Shown: piece after piece, positions 54,979 through 64,000 of the stretch
Layout of the letters: every line of letters starts with the position of its first letter
Position numbering within the stretch: the stretch's first letter is position 1
Assembly (NCBI GenBank): GCA_965200965.1
Contig: OZ241744.1
Location: 1,024,001 to 1,088,000, forward strand
Reading direction: 5' to 3'
Length of the DNA stretch: 64,000 nt
Source: an uncultured Candidatus Binatia bacterium
Lineage (GTDB): Bacteria; Desulfobacterota; Binatia; Bin18
Translations under genes and position numbers: made by a program
The notes under the pieces: generated by a model
The model's database searches: none
Told to the model about the DNA's origin: nothing
The model's input: only the letters and a program-made list of their open reading frames with translations

Positions 54979-57900
54979 ATGCAACGCCCCGCCCTCAATT
55001 CGCCAGCCTCGCCCAGCGGTCCGATCGCCTGGATGGCCCGCAACCACGTTGCCGCCAACCTGATCATGCTGGTCATCGTCGTCGGCGGCTTCATCGCCAG
55101 CACCCAGGTGAAACAAGAGGTATTTCCCGAGTTTGCCATTGATATCATCGTGGCCAGCGTGCCCTACCCCGGGGCCAGCCCGGCTGAGGTTGAGCAGGGG
55201 GTCGTCCTGTCAATTGAGGACCGGGTACGCGGCATTGACGGGGTCAAAAAGGTCACCGCCACGGCCCGCGAGGGCCACGGCTCGGTGGTGGTCGAATTGC
55301 TCACCGGCACAGACCCGGACAAGGCCCTCCAGGATGTCAAAAACGCGGTTGACAGCATCCTGTCTTTTCCCGAAGAAGCCGAAAAGCCGATCGTCAGCCT
55401 GGTGGAACTCCGCAACCAGGTCCTGACCCTGATGGTCTACGGCGACCAGGACGAACACACGCTGCGCGACTTGGCCGAGCAGATCCGCGACGAGCTGATC
55501 CAGCGTCCCGACATTACCCTGGTGGGACTCGGGGCGGTCCGTCCACTCGAAATCGCCATCGAGGTGCCCCAACGTAACCTGCGCGCCCATAATCTCACCC
55601 TGGGCCAGATTGCGCGCGAGATACGCCAGGCCGCAGTCGAATTGCCGGCCGGCGGGCTTAAGGCCGCCGGCGGAGAAATCCTGCTGCGCACTCAGGAACG
55701 CCGCGACTACGCCAGCCAATACGCCGATATTGCGCTGACCTCGGCCCCGGACGGCTCCCGCATCACCGTCGGCGATATTGCGGTGATTACCGACGGCTTT
55801 GAAGACTGGGACTTTGAGGCGTTCTACAACGGGCAGCGCGCCGTCCAGGTCCAGGTCTACCGGGTCGCCAGGGAAACCCCGCAGTCGGTATCAGCCAGCG
55901 TCCACGCCTATCTTGACGACATCCGCCCCCGGCTGCCCGAAGGCGTCGGCCTGACGGTCTGGGGCGACTATTCCGAGATTTACCGCGACCGGATGCGCCT
56001 GCTGCTCAAAAACGCCTTCCTCGGCCTGTGCCTCGTCCTGCTGCTGCTCGGCCTGTTTCTCGACCCCAAGCTCGCCTTCTGGGTCACCCTGGGCATCCCC
56101 ATCTCGATCATGGGCGCTTTTCTGTTCATGCCCCTGAGCGGCGCGTCGATCAACATGATTTCGCTCTTCGCCTTCATTATCACGCTGGGCATCATCGTCG
56201 ATGACGCGGTCGTCATGGGCGAGAACATCTATGAGAAACGCCAAGCCGGCCGGCCCCTGCTGGCGGCGGCCATTGAGGGCGCACAAGAGATTGCCGGGCC
56301 GATTATTTTTGCTGTGCTGACCAATATCGTCGCCTTTCTGCCGCTTGTGTTCGTACCCGGCCCGGCCGGCAAGTTCTTCATCAATATCCCCGCGGTGACA
56401 ATCGCCGTGTTCACCGTTTCGCTGATTGAGTCGCTGTTCATCCTCCCGGCCCACCTGTCGCGGCAGAATGAACCGGGCCGCCTGTGGCGGGCCCTCAACC
56501 GGCCCCGGCTGGTCTTCGGGCGTGCGCTCCAGGCATTTGTCGGGCGTGTCTACCAGCCGCTGCTGCGGACGGCCATCGCCCACCGCTACGCCACCCTGAC
56601 GACTGGCATTGCCGCCCTGCTGCTGGCCCTCGGCACGGTCGGGGGCGGCCACCTCCAGTTCAGCTTCATGCCCCGCATTGACTCCGACCTGATCACCGCC
56701 CAGGCCACCCTGCCGTTCGGCACCCCGATCGACACCTCACGACGGGTGCGCCGGCAACTGCTCGACGCCATGCAGGTGGCCATTGACACCCACGGCGGGC
56801 CGGCTGTCGTTCGCGGGACATATACCCAGATCGGGGCGGTCCTGCGCGGCATGGGGCCCGACGACGGGCCGCCAAAGCTGAGCGGCGGCCATCTGGCCGG
56901 GGTCCAGATTGCCCTTGTTCCGTCCGACCAGCGCGAGGTCAACAGCGTGGAGTTCGCCAACACCTGGCGCCGGGCGGCCAGTCACATTGCCGGCCTGGAA
57001 GCACTGACCTTTCAGGCCGAATCCGGCTTCAGCAGCGAAGCCGCCCTGGATATTCAGCTCACCCATCGCTCGCGTCAGGTGCTTGAAGCTGCCGCGGCCG
57101 AGCTGGCCGGCCTGCTGGCCGGCTACGCCGGCGTCACCGATATTGACGACGGCGTCTCACACGGCAAACCCCAACTCAGCCTGACCGTCAAACCCGAAGC
57201 CCGCAGCCTGGGGATCAACGCGACCGACTTGGCCCGCCAGCTGCGCGGCTCATTCTACGGGGCCGAGGCCCTCCGCCAGCAGCGCGGCCGCAACGAGGTC
57301 AAGGTCATGGTCCGCCTGCCCGAACACGAACGGCGGACCGCCCACACCATTGAGCAGATGGTGATTCGGACGCCCCAGGGCGGGGAAATCCCCCTCATTC
57401 AGGCCGCGGTTGTAGACTATGGCCGGGCCTACACCGAGATCCGCCGCCGCGAAGGCCGCCGCATCATGGCGGTGACGGCCGACGTTGACGAAAACGTCAC
57501 CAACGCCAACACAATTGTGGCCGGCCTGGAGCAGAACGAACTTCCCTCCCTGATGCAGAAATACCCCGGCCTGAACTATACCCTGGAGGGCGAACAGGAA
57601 TGGCAACAAGAGGCGCTGGCGGCAATTGGTCTCGGTTTTGTCTTCGCCCTGCTGGCCATCTATGCCCTGCTGGCCATTCCCTTCAAGAGCTACATCCAGC
57701 CGGTGATTGTGATGCTGGCCATCCCCTTCGGCCTCATCGGCGCGATCATCGGCCACATTCTGCTGGGCTATGCGCTCAGCATGATCAGCCTGTTCGGCAT
57801 CATCGCCCTGGCCGGGGTGGTGATTAACGACGCGCTCGTTCTGGTTGTCACCGCCAACCAGTTTCGCGACACCGAACAGACCACCCCCCTGGAGGCTGTC

Positions 57901-58188
57901 TGCCGGGCCGGTATGCGCCGCTTCCGGCCTATCCTGCTGACCTCGCTGACCACCTTCTTCGGCCTGATGCCGATGATCTTTGAGACCTCAATGCAGGCCC
58001 GTTTTCTGATCCCAATGGCTATCTCAATTGGCTTCGGCATCCTGTTTGCGACTGCAATCATCCTGCTGATCGTCCCGGCCGGCTATATGATTCTGGAGGA
58101 CTTGCGCGGCCTCCCGCGTCTGCTCCTGACCGGAGTGCTGCGGCCTACAGACGCCGCCGGGGCGGGCAGCGTCCCCCAGCCCGACTAG
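54979..58188 (+). CDS. RND efflux permease (AcrB family)
   Basis: AANLIM, YPGASP.EVE, GIIVDDAVV.GENI, GVVINDA, RFRPILLTSLTT. Confidence 0.95.
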   Translation: MQRPALNSPASPSGPIAWMARNHVAANLIMLVIVVGGFIASTQVKQEVFPEFAIDIIVASVPYPGASPAEVEQGVVLSIEDRVRGIDGVKKVTATAREGHGSVVVELLTGTDPDKALQDVKNAVDSILSFPEEAEKPIVSLVELRNQVLTLMVYGDQDEHTLRDLAEQIRDELIQRPDITLVGLGAVRPLEIAIEVPQRNLRAHNLTLGQIAREIRQAAVELPAGGLKAAGGEILLRTQERRDYASQYADIALTSAPDGSRITVGDIAVITDGFEDWDFEAFYNGQRAVQVQVYRVARETPQSVSASVHAYLDDIRPRLPEGVGLTVWGDYSEIYRDRMRLLLKNAFLGLCLVLLLLGLFLDPKLAFWVTLGIPISIMGAFLFMPLSGASINMISLFAFIITLGIIVDDAVVMGENIYEKRQAGRPLLAAAIEGAQEIAGPIIFAVLTNIVAFLPLVFVPGPAGKFFINIPAVTIAVFTVSLIESLFILPAHLSRQNEPGRLWRALNRPRLVFGRALQAFVGRVYQPLLRTAIAHRYATLTTGIAALLLALGTVGGGHLQFSFMPRIDSDLITAQATLPFGTPIDTSRRVRRQLLDAMQVAIDTHGGPAVVRGTYTQIGAVLRGMGPDDGPPKLSGGHLAGVQIALVPSDQREVNSVEFANTWRRAASHIAGLEALTFQAESGFSSEAALDIQLTHRSRQVLEAAAAELAGLLAGYAGVTDIDDGVSHGKPQLSLTVKPEARSLGINATDLARQLRGSFYGAEALRQQRGRNEVKVMVRLPEHERRTAHTIEQMVIRTPQGGEIPLIQAAVVDYGRAYTEIRRREGRRIMAVTADVDENVTNANTIVAGLEQNELPSLMQKYPGLNYTLEGEQEWQQEALAAIGLGFVFALLAIYALLAIPFKSYIQPVIVMLAIPFGLIGAIIGHILLGYALSMISLFGIIALAGVVINDALVLVVTANQFRDTEQTTPLEAVCRAGMRRFRPILLTSLTTFFGLMPMIFETSMQARFLIPMAISIGFGILFATAIILLIVPAGYMILEDLRGLPRLLLTGVLRPTDAAGAGSVPQPD

Positions 58189-58311
58189 GCGGCCCTCAGC
58201 CCAGGGCCGCGGCCCGGAACGGCCGGCGAGTGCGCGACTTCAAGGGGGACGCCAAGGTCCTAGCCGAACGGCAGGGGCATCCACCGCCGGCGGCCAGCTC
58301 GGCTCGCCGGC

Positions 58312-59406
58312 TCAGTGTCTCGCATAGCGTTCAACGGCCTCCTCGTTCCAGGCCAGCCCATTTCCTGGAGCGTCAGACACCACCGCCCAGCCGTCGGTGA
58401 CGGTCAGCGGCCGGTCCAGGATGGCGTTGGCCCAGTCCATGTATTCAAGCCAGTGGGCGGTCGGGGTCACTGCCAGCAGATGGGCGCTCACCTCAGGATA
58501 GAGATGGCTCGAGAGCAGCATGCCCCTTGGCTCGGCTAAGGCAATTGCCCGCAGCCAGCCGCTGACGCCGCCAATTTTGACCACATCGGGCATGAAAAAA
58601 TCGCACGCCTCGGCCGCGAGGGCCTTGGCCATGTCGTTCGGACCCCAGCAGTTCTCGCCGAGCTGGATCGCGGTGGCGGCCGTGGTCCGAATCCGGGCAT
58701 GGCCGGCGTAGTCATCGGCCCGGGTCGGTTCTTCAATCCAGTACAGCCCCTCATCGTCCAGCCGGCGCGCCCGCTGCTGAGCTTCGGGCACAGAGAGGGC
58801 CTGGTTGTAGTCGGACATGATGCGTGTCTCGTCGCCGACCGCCTGACGAACCGCCCGAACCGCGGCCACATCAGCCCCGCTGTCAGGATAGCCCAGGCGA
58901 ATCTTGACCGCTCCAAAGCCGGACTCAATAAAGTCCCGGGCTTCGGCGGCCAGATGTTGGCCGTTGCTCATGCCCAGACCACAGCTGTTGTAGGCCGGTA
59001 TGGGCCGCTCCTGCCCACCGAGCAGGCGGACCAGCGGCAGGCCGGCAGCCTTGGCCAGTACATCCCAGGCGGCAATATCAATGCCGGCCAGCGCCATACC
59101 GACCAGGCCCTGCGCTCCGAGCAACCGAAAACGCCGCTGGAACATGTCGGCTAGCGTCAGGGGTGAGACAGGCTGGCCAAGGAGCAGGGTCTCGGCTTCC
59201 TTGAGGAAGGCGACCAGGGGTTTCAAGGTGAGCGGGGTATAGCCGAAGACATAGCTCCGGCCGGTGATGCCCTGATGTGTTTCGAGGTCAAGCAGAACGA
59301 GCGGGGCGCTGCTGACCCGTCCGCCACCGGTCAGCAGCGGACGCGGCATCGGAACTTCGACCGCCCTGGCCCGCAGGCCACGAAGGGTGCATATGTCAGC
59401 CTCCAT
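58312..59406 (-). CDS. Mandelate racemase-like enolase-superfamily enzyme
   Basis: GIDIAAWD, DYNQ, WIEEP, QLGEN, PDVVKIGG, SSHL; KxR rather than KxK at the first catalytic strand. Confidence 0.85.
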   Translation of the reverse strand: MEADICTLRGLRARAVEVPMPRPLLTGGGRVSSAPLVLLDLETHQGITGRSYVFGYTPLTLKPLVAFLKEAETLLLGQPVSPLTLADMFQRRFRLLGAQGLVGMALAGIDIAAWDVLAKAAGLPLVRLLGGQERPIPAYNSCGLGMSNGQHLAAEARDFIESGFGAVKIRLGYPDSGADVAAVRAVRQAVGDETRIMSDYNQALSVPEAQQRARRLDDEGLYWIEEPTRADDYAGHARIRTTAATAIQLGENCWGPNDMAKALAAEACDFFMPDVVKIGGVSGWLRAIALAEPRGMLLSSHLYPEVSAHLLAVTPTAHWLEYMDWANAILDRPLTVTDGWAVVSDAPGNGLAWNEEAVERYARH

Positions 59407-59443
59407 GATCCCTCTCCTTATGTGGCCGGCGCGAGCCACCCCC

Positions 59444-59848
59444 TCAGTCTTCCTCTACCGGCCGCTCAATCCACCTGGGATTGCTGACGGTCAGTTTTTC
59501 ATACACCGTTTGCTTGAGGTGGGCGACGAGTTGCTCGCGGTACGGCCCGCTATCGGCCTCTCCGTTGCGTATCCGTGTACACAGATCTTCTGTGCGCTGC
59601 CAGATGGCCTCCCGCGCCTCAGCCTGCCTAGCCGGCTTTTCGGTCGCCGACAGCAGCCCGTTGAGACGCTGCCACTCTGCCACGGCGTGGTCTTCGGCGT
59701 ATTCCAGCTCGCGGCTGACTATGCGCAGCACATTGGCCGCCACCCGGCCATAGAACCGGCGCGAGCCCGACAGGCTGGGCACGACTTCCCGGTCAAGCAG
59801 GTGGATAACGGCGCTCAGCAGTTCAGGAATCGTTGGGCGATCGTGCAT
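59444..59848 (-). CDS. DUF6285-like partner of the APH-family kinase
   Basis: MHDRPT..ELL.AV, RVAANVL.IV.RE, KL.V.NP; TGATG coupling with upstream gene. Confidence 0.75.
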   Translation of the reverse strand: MHDRPTIPELLSAVIHLLDREVVPSLSGSRRFYGRVAANVLRIVSRELEYAEDHAVAEWQRLNGLLSATEKPARQAEAREAIWQRTEDLCTRIRNGEADSGPYREQLVAHLKQTVYEKLTVSNPRWIERPVEED

Positions 59849-60906
59849 CAGTCCTCCATCAGGTGGAGCAACTCCCACTCGGTTTCCGCGGTCCGCCGGC
59901 CAATCGCCGCCAACTCCACGCTGGGGCTTATGCCGTCCAGATACGGCTGGGTCATGTTCAGGCAGATCACGCCCCAACGCAGGTTGCCGAAAATCTCCCA
60001 GAACCTGAGCCGCTGCTGGTCAAGCCGGCAGCCGCCGGCCTGTTCATAGGCGTGCTGAAAAGCGCGCCGCGTCCCCACCCCGCCGACCGGCAGACGGTCA
60101 TTGCCAAAACGCCACGAGCGCACGCACATCCAGCTCAGGTCTTCCATTGGGTCGCCGATGTGAGCCAACTCCCAGTCCAGAATTGAGCGGACGCCGTCCG
60201 GGCCGAACATGATGTTGCCCATCCGGTAGTCGCCATGCACAAAGACCCGCTCGCGTTCCTGGGGCAGGTGGTGGGCCAGCCAGCGAAAAGCCAACTCAAA
60301 AACCGGGTGGGGATCCCGGGCCATACGCCGGTACTTCTCCATATAGCGGGCAAGTTCTGCCTCAGCCGCGGTGTCGCCTCCCCGCGGGGCCGGCAGCTCG
60401 TGCAAGCCGTGCTTGTCAATTGACACCCGATGAATACGCGCCAGTATTGTGCCGAGCTCGGCCGCCATGACCTCGCGGGCGCGGGCGTACTGGGCGTCGC
60501 GGAACAGTCGCCGCGGCAGGGTTTCTCCGCTCATCCGTTCCATGATGAAAAAGGGCATACCGAGGCTGCCGTCGCCCACAAAATAGGGCCGGGGCGCTAA
60601 AACCCCCTCGGCGTGGGCGGCGGCAATCACCCGATATTCCATGCTGCGCTCCATAAATCCCTGCGGCCCCTGCTGGGCGTCGCCGCGGAGAATCAGCGGC
60701 AGGCTCTCGGTCCGGCCCTGTGCGGTTTCATACCACACGTCAAACGCCCAGCTCTGGCGTGAGGCACCGCCGGTCAGCAGCCGCAGGTCTCTGACCTCAA
60801 GGTGGTTGACCGTGCGGTGCTGCTGCTCTGGAAAGGCCCGGAGCAGAAACCCGGTCAGCACCGGGGCGAGTTCTCGGGGGGTCGGATAGCTTGGGCCACG
60901 ACTCAT
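59848..60906 (-). CDS. Phosphotransferase (APH/ACAD10-11 kinase-like) family protein
   Basis: GGASRQSW, VHGDYRMGN, LDWELAHIGDP.EDL. Confidence 0.9.
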   Translation of the reverse strand: MSRGPSYPTPRELAPVLTGFLLRAFPEQQHRTVNHLEVRDLRLLTGGASRQSWAFDVWYETAQGRTESLPLILRGDAQQGPQGFMERSMEYRVIAAAHAEGVLAPRPYFVGDGSLGMPFFIMERMSGETLPRRLFRDAQYARAREVMAAELGTILARIHRVSIDKHGLHELPAPRGGDTAAEAELARYMEKYRRMARDPHPVFELAFRWLAHHLPQERERVFVHGDYRMGNIMFGPDGVRSILDWELAHIGDPMEDLSWMCVRSWRFGNDRLPVGGVGTRRAFQHAYEQAGGCRLDQQRLRFWEIFGNLRWGVICLNMTQPYLDGISPSVELAAIGRRTAETEWELLHLMED

Positions 60907-61043
60907 GACAGGTGCCTCAGATTTCTTTGTCTGCCTCTTCACTAAATCGGACCGCCGGGGTCCGTCAAGACAGCCCCTCCCAATGTGAGAAGGAATCTGC
61001 TATCAGAGGGGCATATCCCATATCCCGAAAAGGAGCGGCGTGT

Positions 61044-62378
61044 ATGAACTTTGGATATTTTACTGAGCGGCCATATCGCTGGGTTGACGAGGACGAAGTG
61101 CTGGAGCATGAGGGCTTTTTTGCCATCCCGAATGCACGTTTTGACCGGGAGAAGGCGGCAGATGACTACAACCACTTCCTGGACGAGTACTGCTACGCCG
61201 AGGAAATGGGCTTTGATTCGCTGATGCTCAACGAGCACCACGGCAACCCCTTCTGCATGGGCAGCGTGATGAACGTCGAGGCGTCCATCCTGGCCCGGAT
61301 CACCAACACGGCCAAAATTGTGCTGATCGGCAACCCCCTGCCGGTCATCAAACACCCGCTGCGCATGGCCGAGGAGTTGGCCGAAATTGACCTCATCTCA
61401 CGCGGCCGGCTGGTCACCGGCTGGGTGCGGGGGGCTGGCAGCGAGCAGTTTTTCAACAACGCCAACCCGAGCTATAACCGGGAGATGTTCAACGAGGCCC
61501 ATGACTTTATTATTCAGGCCTGGACCAGACCCGGCCCGTGGCGCTACGAGGGCAAGCATTTTCACTACCGCCACGTCAACCCGTGGGCCCTGCCCTACCA
61601 GAAACCCCACCCCCAGATGTGGATTCCGGGGGTGTTGAGTCCTGAAACCGTCAGATGGGCGGCCGAACACAACTATCCCTACCTGGCCCTGGTCACGGCG
61701 CTCAGCCCGACCTGTGATCTGCTGGACTTTTACGCCGATATCGCCGCGGAGAACGGCTATCAGGCCGGGCCGGAAAACTTCGGCTACCTCATTGGCGTGT
61801 TCTGCGCCGAGACCGATGAAAAAGCCCAAGAGCTGGGCAAAGGCTTTGTGTTCGGCGGCGGGGCCAGCGCCTTTTCGCGGCCAGAACATACCCTGCCACC
61901 GGGCTACAACTCCAAGAACGCCATTCGGCTGCTGGCCAAACGCCCCAGCGGCGGTTGGGTCGGGGTGGATTCCGACCGGCTCAAAGAGGCCCAGCACGGC
62001 AAGCGCAAGTCCAAAGACCTGGACGAGGTCCGCCAAAAACTGCTCCGCTCGTACAAACGGGCCCAGGACGACTACCTGATGATCATCGGCTCGCCCAAGA
62101 CGGTGATCGAAAAGGTCAAGACCATGATGCGCGTGTTGCGGCCGGGCGCGTTCTCGTGCTTCAACGTCCAGGGGCCGGTCAGCAACGAAGACCGGCTGAC
62201 CAGCGTCCGGCTGCTGGCCCGGGAGGTCAAGCCGGTCCTTCAGGAGTACGCCAGGGAAATCGGTCTGGTTGACCCCTTCACCCGCCGGCCGGGCTCGGTC
62301 AAGCTCAATCCGGGCACCAAGCGCCTGCCGGTCGTGGACCGCACGCCGCTGAAAGACCTCGACATGCTGCCGAACTAG
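61044..62378 (+). CDS. LLM-class flavin-dependent oxidoreductase
   Basis: FTERPY, MLNEHHGNPFC, GWVRGAGSE; RBS AAGGAG before ATG 61044. Confidence 0.9.
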   Translation: MNFGYFTERPYRWVDEDEVLEHEGFFAIPNARFDREKAADDYNHFLDEYCYAEEMGFDSLMLNEHHGNPFCMGSVMNVEASILARITNTAKIVLIGNPLPVIKHPLRMAEELAEIDLISRGRLVTGWVRGAGSEQFFNNANPSYNREMFNEAHDFIIQAWTRPGPWRYEGKHFHYRHVNPWALPYQKPHPQMWIPGVLSPETVRWAAEHNYPYLALVTALSPTCDLLDFYADIAAENGYQAGPENFGYLIGVFCAETDEKAQELGKGFVFGGGASAFSRPEHTLPPGYNSKNAIRLLAKRPSGGWVGVDSDRLKEAQHGKRKSKDLDEVRQKLLRSYKRAQDDYLMIIGSPKTVIEKVKTMMRVLRPGAFSCFNVQGPVSNEDRLTSVRLLAREVKPVLQEYAREIGLVDPFTRRPGSVKLNPGTKRLPVVDRTPLKDLDMLPN

Positions 62379-62452
62379 CGGCTGAGACGGGCAGCGTGGT
62401 TCATCCTTCTGCTCCAACGCTCAGGATGAACCACCTTCGAGAGCGTGAGCGC

Positions 62453-63936
62453 TTATCGGGGAAGCCGCGCCGCGATGGTGGTGAACTGCTCCAGGGCGGC
62501 TTCGAGCTCGGTGGCGATTTCGGCGGCTATGCGCCCGGGCGACGGCAGGGACTCGCTGTCGGTCAGGCTGTTGTCCTTGATCCAGAACAGGTCAAGGCTC
62601 AGCTTGTCGCGGGTGAGCAGCTCGGCATAGTCGTAGCAACGCCAGCGGCCGTCCGGGCTGGCCTCGCTCCAGGTAGGGGTGCGCTGGTGGGTTCGGCCGG
62701 GCTTGTAGCAGGCCACGAAGTCGTCAAAGTCCCGGCGTTGGAGCGGTTTCTGCTTGAGCGTAAAATGGCAGTTGGTGCGTAGATCGTAGACCCACAGCCG
62801 GTCGGTCCAGGCTTGGGCCCGGCCCTCTCCCTTGTCAAAAAAGAGCACATTGGCCTTGACCCCCGGCGAGTACCAGATGCCGGTCGGCAGGCGCAGCAGC
62901 GTATGGACACGGCATTGCTCCAGCAGGCTGCGGCGCACCTTCTCGCCGGCCCCGCCCTCGAACAGCACATTGTCAGGGACGACAACCGCGGCCCGGCCAT
63001 CAATTTTCAGCAGGGTATAGATGTGCTGGACAAAGTTGAGTTGCTTGTTGCTGGTTGAGGTCCAGAAATCTTCACGGACGACCACCTGCTCTTCTTTCTC
63101 GGTGTCGCCCTCTTCGTTGACGAACAGCAGACTTTGTTTCTTGCCAAAGGGCGGGTTGCCAGGACCATTGCATACTCGCGCTTCCAGGCCGCGGCCAAGC
63201 TGTCGTGTCCGGTGTGAACGACCACCTTATCGCCGCCGATGTTGTGCAGATGGACATTCATCGCGCACATGCGGCCTACCTTGGGGGACAGCTCCATGCC
63301 CTCAACGAGGTCTTCTTGCAGGCCGCGGAGTTCATCCCGGTCCAACTCGCTTCCGTGGCGATCGAGCACATACTGATAGGCGTGGCACAGAAAGCCGCCG
63401 GTTCCGGCCGCGGGGTCGCAGATGGTGTCTTCGGGCGTCGGCTGCATGACCTCGCATATGGCCTGGATCACGGGCCGGGGGGTGAAATACTGCCCTGCCC
63501 CGCGCGATGACTCCTGGGCTGAGCGCGCCAGGAGTTCCTCATAGATCGTGCCTTTCACATCGACCGGCAGGGACAGCCAGTCCACCCGGTCCAGCAGATT
63601 AAGGATGAGCTGTTTGAGCAGCGCGGGGTTGTGGATCTCGCACCGTGACCCCTTGAAGACCACGCCGAGCATGCCCGGTTTGCTCCCCAGCTTTTCCAGG
63701 TTGGCACGGTACTGCGCTTCGAGGGCCGCCCCATCGAGCGGCAGGAGCACCTTCCAGCCCAACTCCGGCGGCACGATGGGAGCGCGCGCATAGGGCGGCT
63801 CGGTCAGCTGGTCAGCCATTTTGAGGAACAGCAGCAGGGTCAGTTGCTCAACATACTCGAAGCACGACAGCCCGGCGTCCCGCAAGACGCCGGCGTAACT
63901 CCAGGCCCGTTTGCCGATGTGCGAAGCGTCCATCAT
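62453..63936 (-). pseudogene. hsdM: Type I R-M methyltransferase M subunit frameshifted in the NPPF motif
   Basis: YVEQLT.LLFLKM, GAGQYFTPR, DPAAGTGGFL in one frame; KQLNFVQHI, PDNVLFEG, LRLPTGI in another; one base missing at ~63157 (VLA-NPPFGKK). Confidence 0.88.
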
Positions 63937-64000
63937 CTGTTGAGTTCCATGACCGTCTTCCTGCTGCGTAGTCGGTTTCGTTACCATGCGCCCTCTCGCG

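Overview
GC-rich bacterial chromosomal window with no rRNA, tRNA, CRISPR array, integrase or transposase visible. The backbone is catabolic and housekeeping: CoA transferase, a biotin-dependent acyl-CoA carboxylase operon coupled to thyX, four luciferase-like monooxygenases, acyl-CoA dehydrogenases, thiolase, hydrolases, two PRISE-type reductases, a USP/CBS cluster, an RND efflux operon and a frameshifted type I methyltransferase. The gene mix resembles sponge-associated Candidatus Binatia/deltaproteobacterial symbionts (inference only). Accessory islets carry the main signals. (1) A 37-repeat ankyrin gene varies mainly at binding-face codons. A signal-peptide-bearing one-repeat homologue 9 kb away in inverted orientation shares its 5' flank and 3' trailer. 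(2) Four copies of a REP-like hairpin each lie beside a repeat-protein or ankyrin gene, and two mark gene breakpoints. (3) A NYN ribonuclease gene sits behind a promoter, a ~150-nt structured leader and an intrinsic terminator, the layout of a type III toxin-antitoxin or attenuator. (4) Several toxin-antitoxin loci have lost or inactivated their toxins. (5) Several genes are hollowed out by internal deletions or single-base frameshifts.
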